This document shows, piece by piece, positions 62,590-64,000 of a stretch of DNA of 64,000 nt (the stretch's first letter is position 1; every line of letters starts with the position of its first letter). The DNA lies in the NCBI GenBank assembly GCA_963665115.1, contig OY762007.1:8384001-8448000 (forward strand), read 5' to 3'. A model generated the notes under the pieces. That model was not told where the DNA came from, searched no databases, and saw nothing but the letters and a program-made list of their open reading frames with translations. This stretch comes from an uncultured Rivularia sp. GTDB taxonomy: Bacteria > Cyanobacteriota > Cyanobacteriia > Cyanobacteriales > Nostocaceae. A program made the translations under genes and the position numbers.

Positions 62590-63771
62590 ATGCCTTATAA
62601 AAAGTTAGAAATCCCAGCAGAAGCACCAGTATTATCCTGGGCAAATCACGAATTAAAAGACAACGAAACTCAGATGGCGCAAAACGTCGCGTCGCTACCT
62701 TTTGTATTTAAACACGTAGCTTTGATGCCCGATGTTCATTTAGGAAAAGGCGCTTTAGTTGGCTCGGTAATTGCGACGAAAGAAGCGATAATTCCTGCTG
62801 CCGTGGGTGTTGATATTGGTTGCGGCATGAATGCAATCAAAACCCCATTTAAAGGCGATAAATTAGAAGGGAAACTAAAGAAAATTCGCCTTGATATAGA
62901 AGCAGCAATTCCTACTGGCTTCAATCAAAATAAAGATGTAGAAACATCTGTAACTAACTGGCAAAATTGGAGCGATTTTAAAGATTTACATAGTGGGGTG
63001 CAAGAGTTAGAAAGTAAAGCCATGCAACAGTTGGGTTCCCTTGGTGGTGGGAATCATTTTATCGAAGTTTGTGTGGATACAGAAAATCAAGTTTGGCTGA
63101 TGCTGCATTCTGGCTCCCGCAATATTGGCAATAAGTTGGCGCAGTATCATATTAGTACGGCGAAGGATTTAGCTAAAATGGCCGATACTAACTTGCCAGA
63201 CAAAGATTTAGCCCATTTCGTCAGCGGTACCCCCGAATTTGCTGCTTATTGGCACGATTTGCAGTGGGCGCAGGAATACGCGCGTTTCAACCGAGATGTA
63301 ATGATGGCGCGATTTAAAAAGATTGTGGAAAAGCATTTGGCAGGTGGAAAACCATTTAAGCCTTTGTTAGAAGTAAACTGTCATCATAATTATTCCGAGA
63401 AAGAAGTGCATTTTGAAGAAGATGTGTACGTCACTCGTAAAGGTGCTGTCAGAGCGCAGAAAGAAGACTACGGAATTATTCCCGGTTCGATGGGAGCAAA
63501 ATCATATATTGTTAAGGGTAAAGGTAACATTGAAAGTTTTTGTAGTTGCGCTCATGGCGCTGGCAGGTTAATGTCAAGAACTAAAGCCAAAAAAGCTTAT
63601 ACTCTAGATGATTTGATCGAGCAAACAAAAGGTGTAGAATGTCGTAAAGATGAAGGCATTTTAGATGAAATTCCCGGTGCTTATAAACCGATCGAACAAG
63701 TAATGGAAAATCAAGCGGATTTAGTAGAAGTTGTTGCAACTTTGAAACAGGTGCTTTGCGTAAAAGGGTAA
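62590..63771 (+). CDS. rtcB: RtcB family RNA ligase (3'-phosphate/5'-OH)
   Basis: MPDVH.GKG, VGVDIGCG, LGSLGGGNHF, HSGSR, HHN, RKGA, IPGSMG, HGAGR, DEIPGAYK. Confidence 0.96.
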   Translation: MPYKKLEIPAEAPVLSWANHELKDNETQMAQNVASLPFVFKHVALMPDVHLGKGALVGSVIATKEAIIPAAVGVDIGCGMNAIKTPFKGDKLEGKLKKIRLDIEAAIPTGFNQNKDVETSVTNWQNWSDFKDLHSGVQELESKAMQQLGSLGGGNHFIEVCVDTENQVWLMLHSGSRNIGNKLAQYHISTAKDLAKMADTNLPDKDLAHFVSGTPEFAAYWHDLQWAQEYARFNRDVMMARFKKIVEKHLAGGKPFKPLLEVNCHHNYSEKEVHFEEDVYVTRKGAVRAQKEDYGIIPGSMGAKSYIVKGKGNIESFCSCAHGAGRLMSRTKAKKAYTLDDLIEQTKGVECRKDEGILDEIPGAYKPIEQVMENQADLVEVVATLKQVLCVKG

Positions 63772-63776
63772 CTAAT

Positions 63777-63956
63777 GTAGAGACGTAGCAGTGCTACGTC
63801 TCCCAGGATTTAGATTATTACAGAGAATTGAGCTATCAAAAAATATGATTGTCAGAAAATGCTAAACTAGCTATGCTTTCGTTCAGCGTTGCATTTGACA
63901 AATTGCAAAGTGATGATTTCACATTATTGGAGACGTAGCAGTGCTACGTCTCTACA
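63777..63956. repeat. Inverted REP doublet (REPIN-like)
   Basis: GTAGAGACGTAGCAGTGCTACGTCTCC ... GGAGACGTAGCAGTGCTACGTCTCTAC; degenerate relative near 52109-52136. Confidence 0.85.
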
Positions 63957-64000
63957 TAAATTTCGTATTTGCTATAAATTCAAATAGATATAATTGTAAA

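Overview
AT-rich chromosomal segment of a filamentous, probably heterocyst-forming cyanobacterium. Evidence: many HIP1 GCGATCGC sites, heptamer STRR tracts, GTAG-type REP palindromes and several MITE families. 0-25 kb is mostly housekeeping, envelope and signalling genes: an M23 peptidase, tRNA-Arg(CCG), an amidase, CHAD, txlA, murG, a PAS histidine kinase and a STAS/RsbU pair. 26.7-38.6 kb is a complete siderophore import cluster (tonB, exbBD, AraC, TonB-dependent receptor, FhuD, fecCDE). 38.8-41.6 kb is a decayed stress cluster whose Hsp20 has an IF7/GifA-like tail. 42-58 kb is the most interesting locus: two signal-peptide-bearing TPR-CHAT caspase-like proteases flank a filamentous-haemagglutinin-type protein, DUF928, an HTH-AAA_35 NTPase and an AAA_35-CHASE2 membrane receptor, with phased AAAGTTGATA repeats upstream of two locus genes. 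The window ends with spmAB-like, HAD, methyltransferase and rtcB genes. Six genes break in homopolymer runs, probably assembly errors. Family assignments come from motif recognition and memory; no searches were run.
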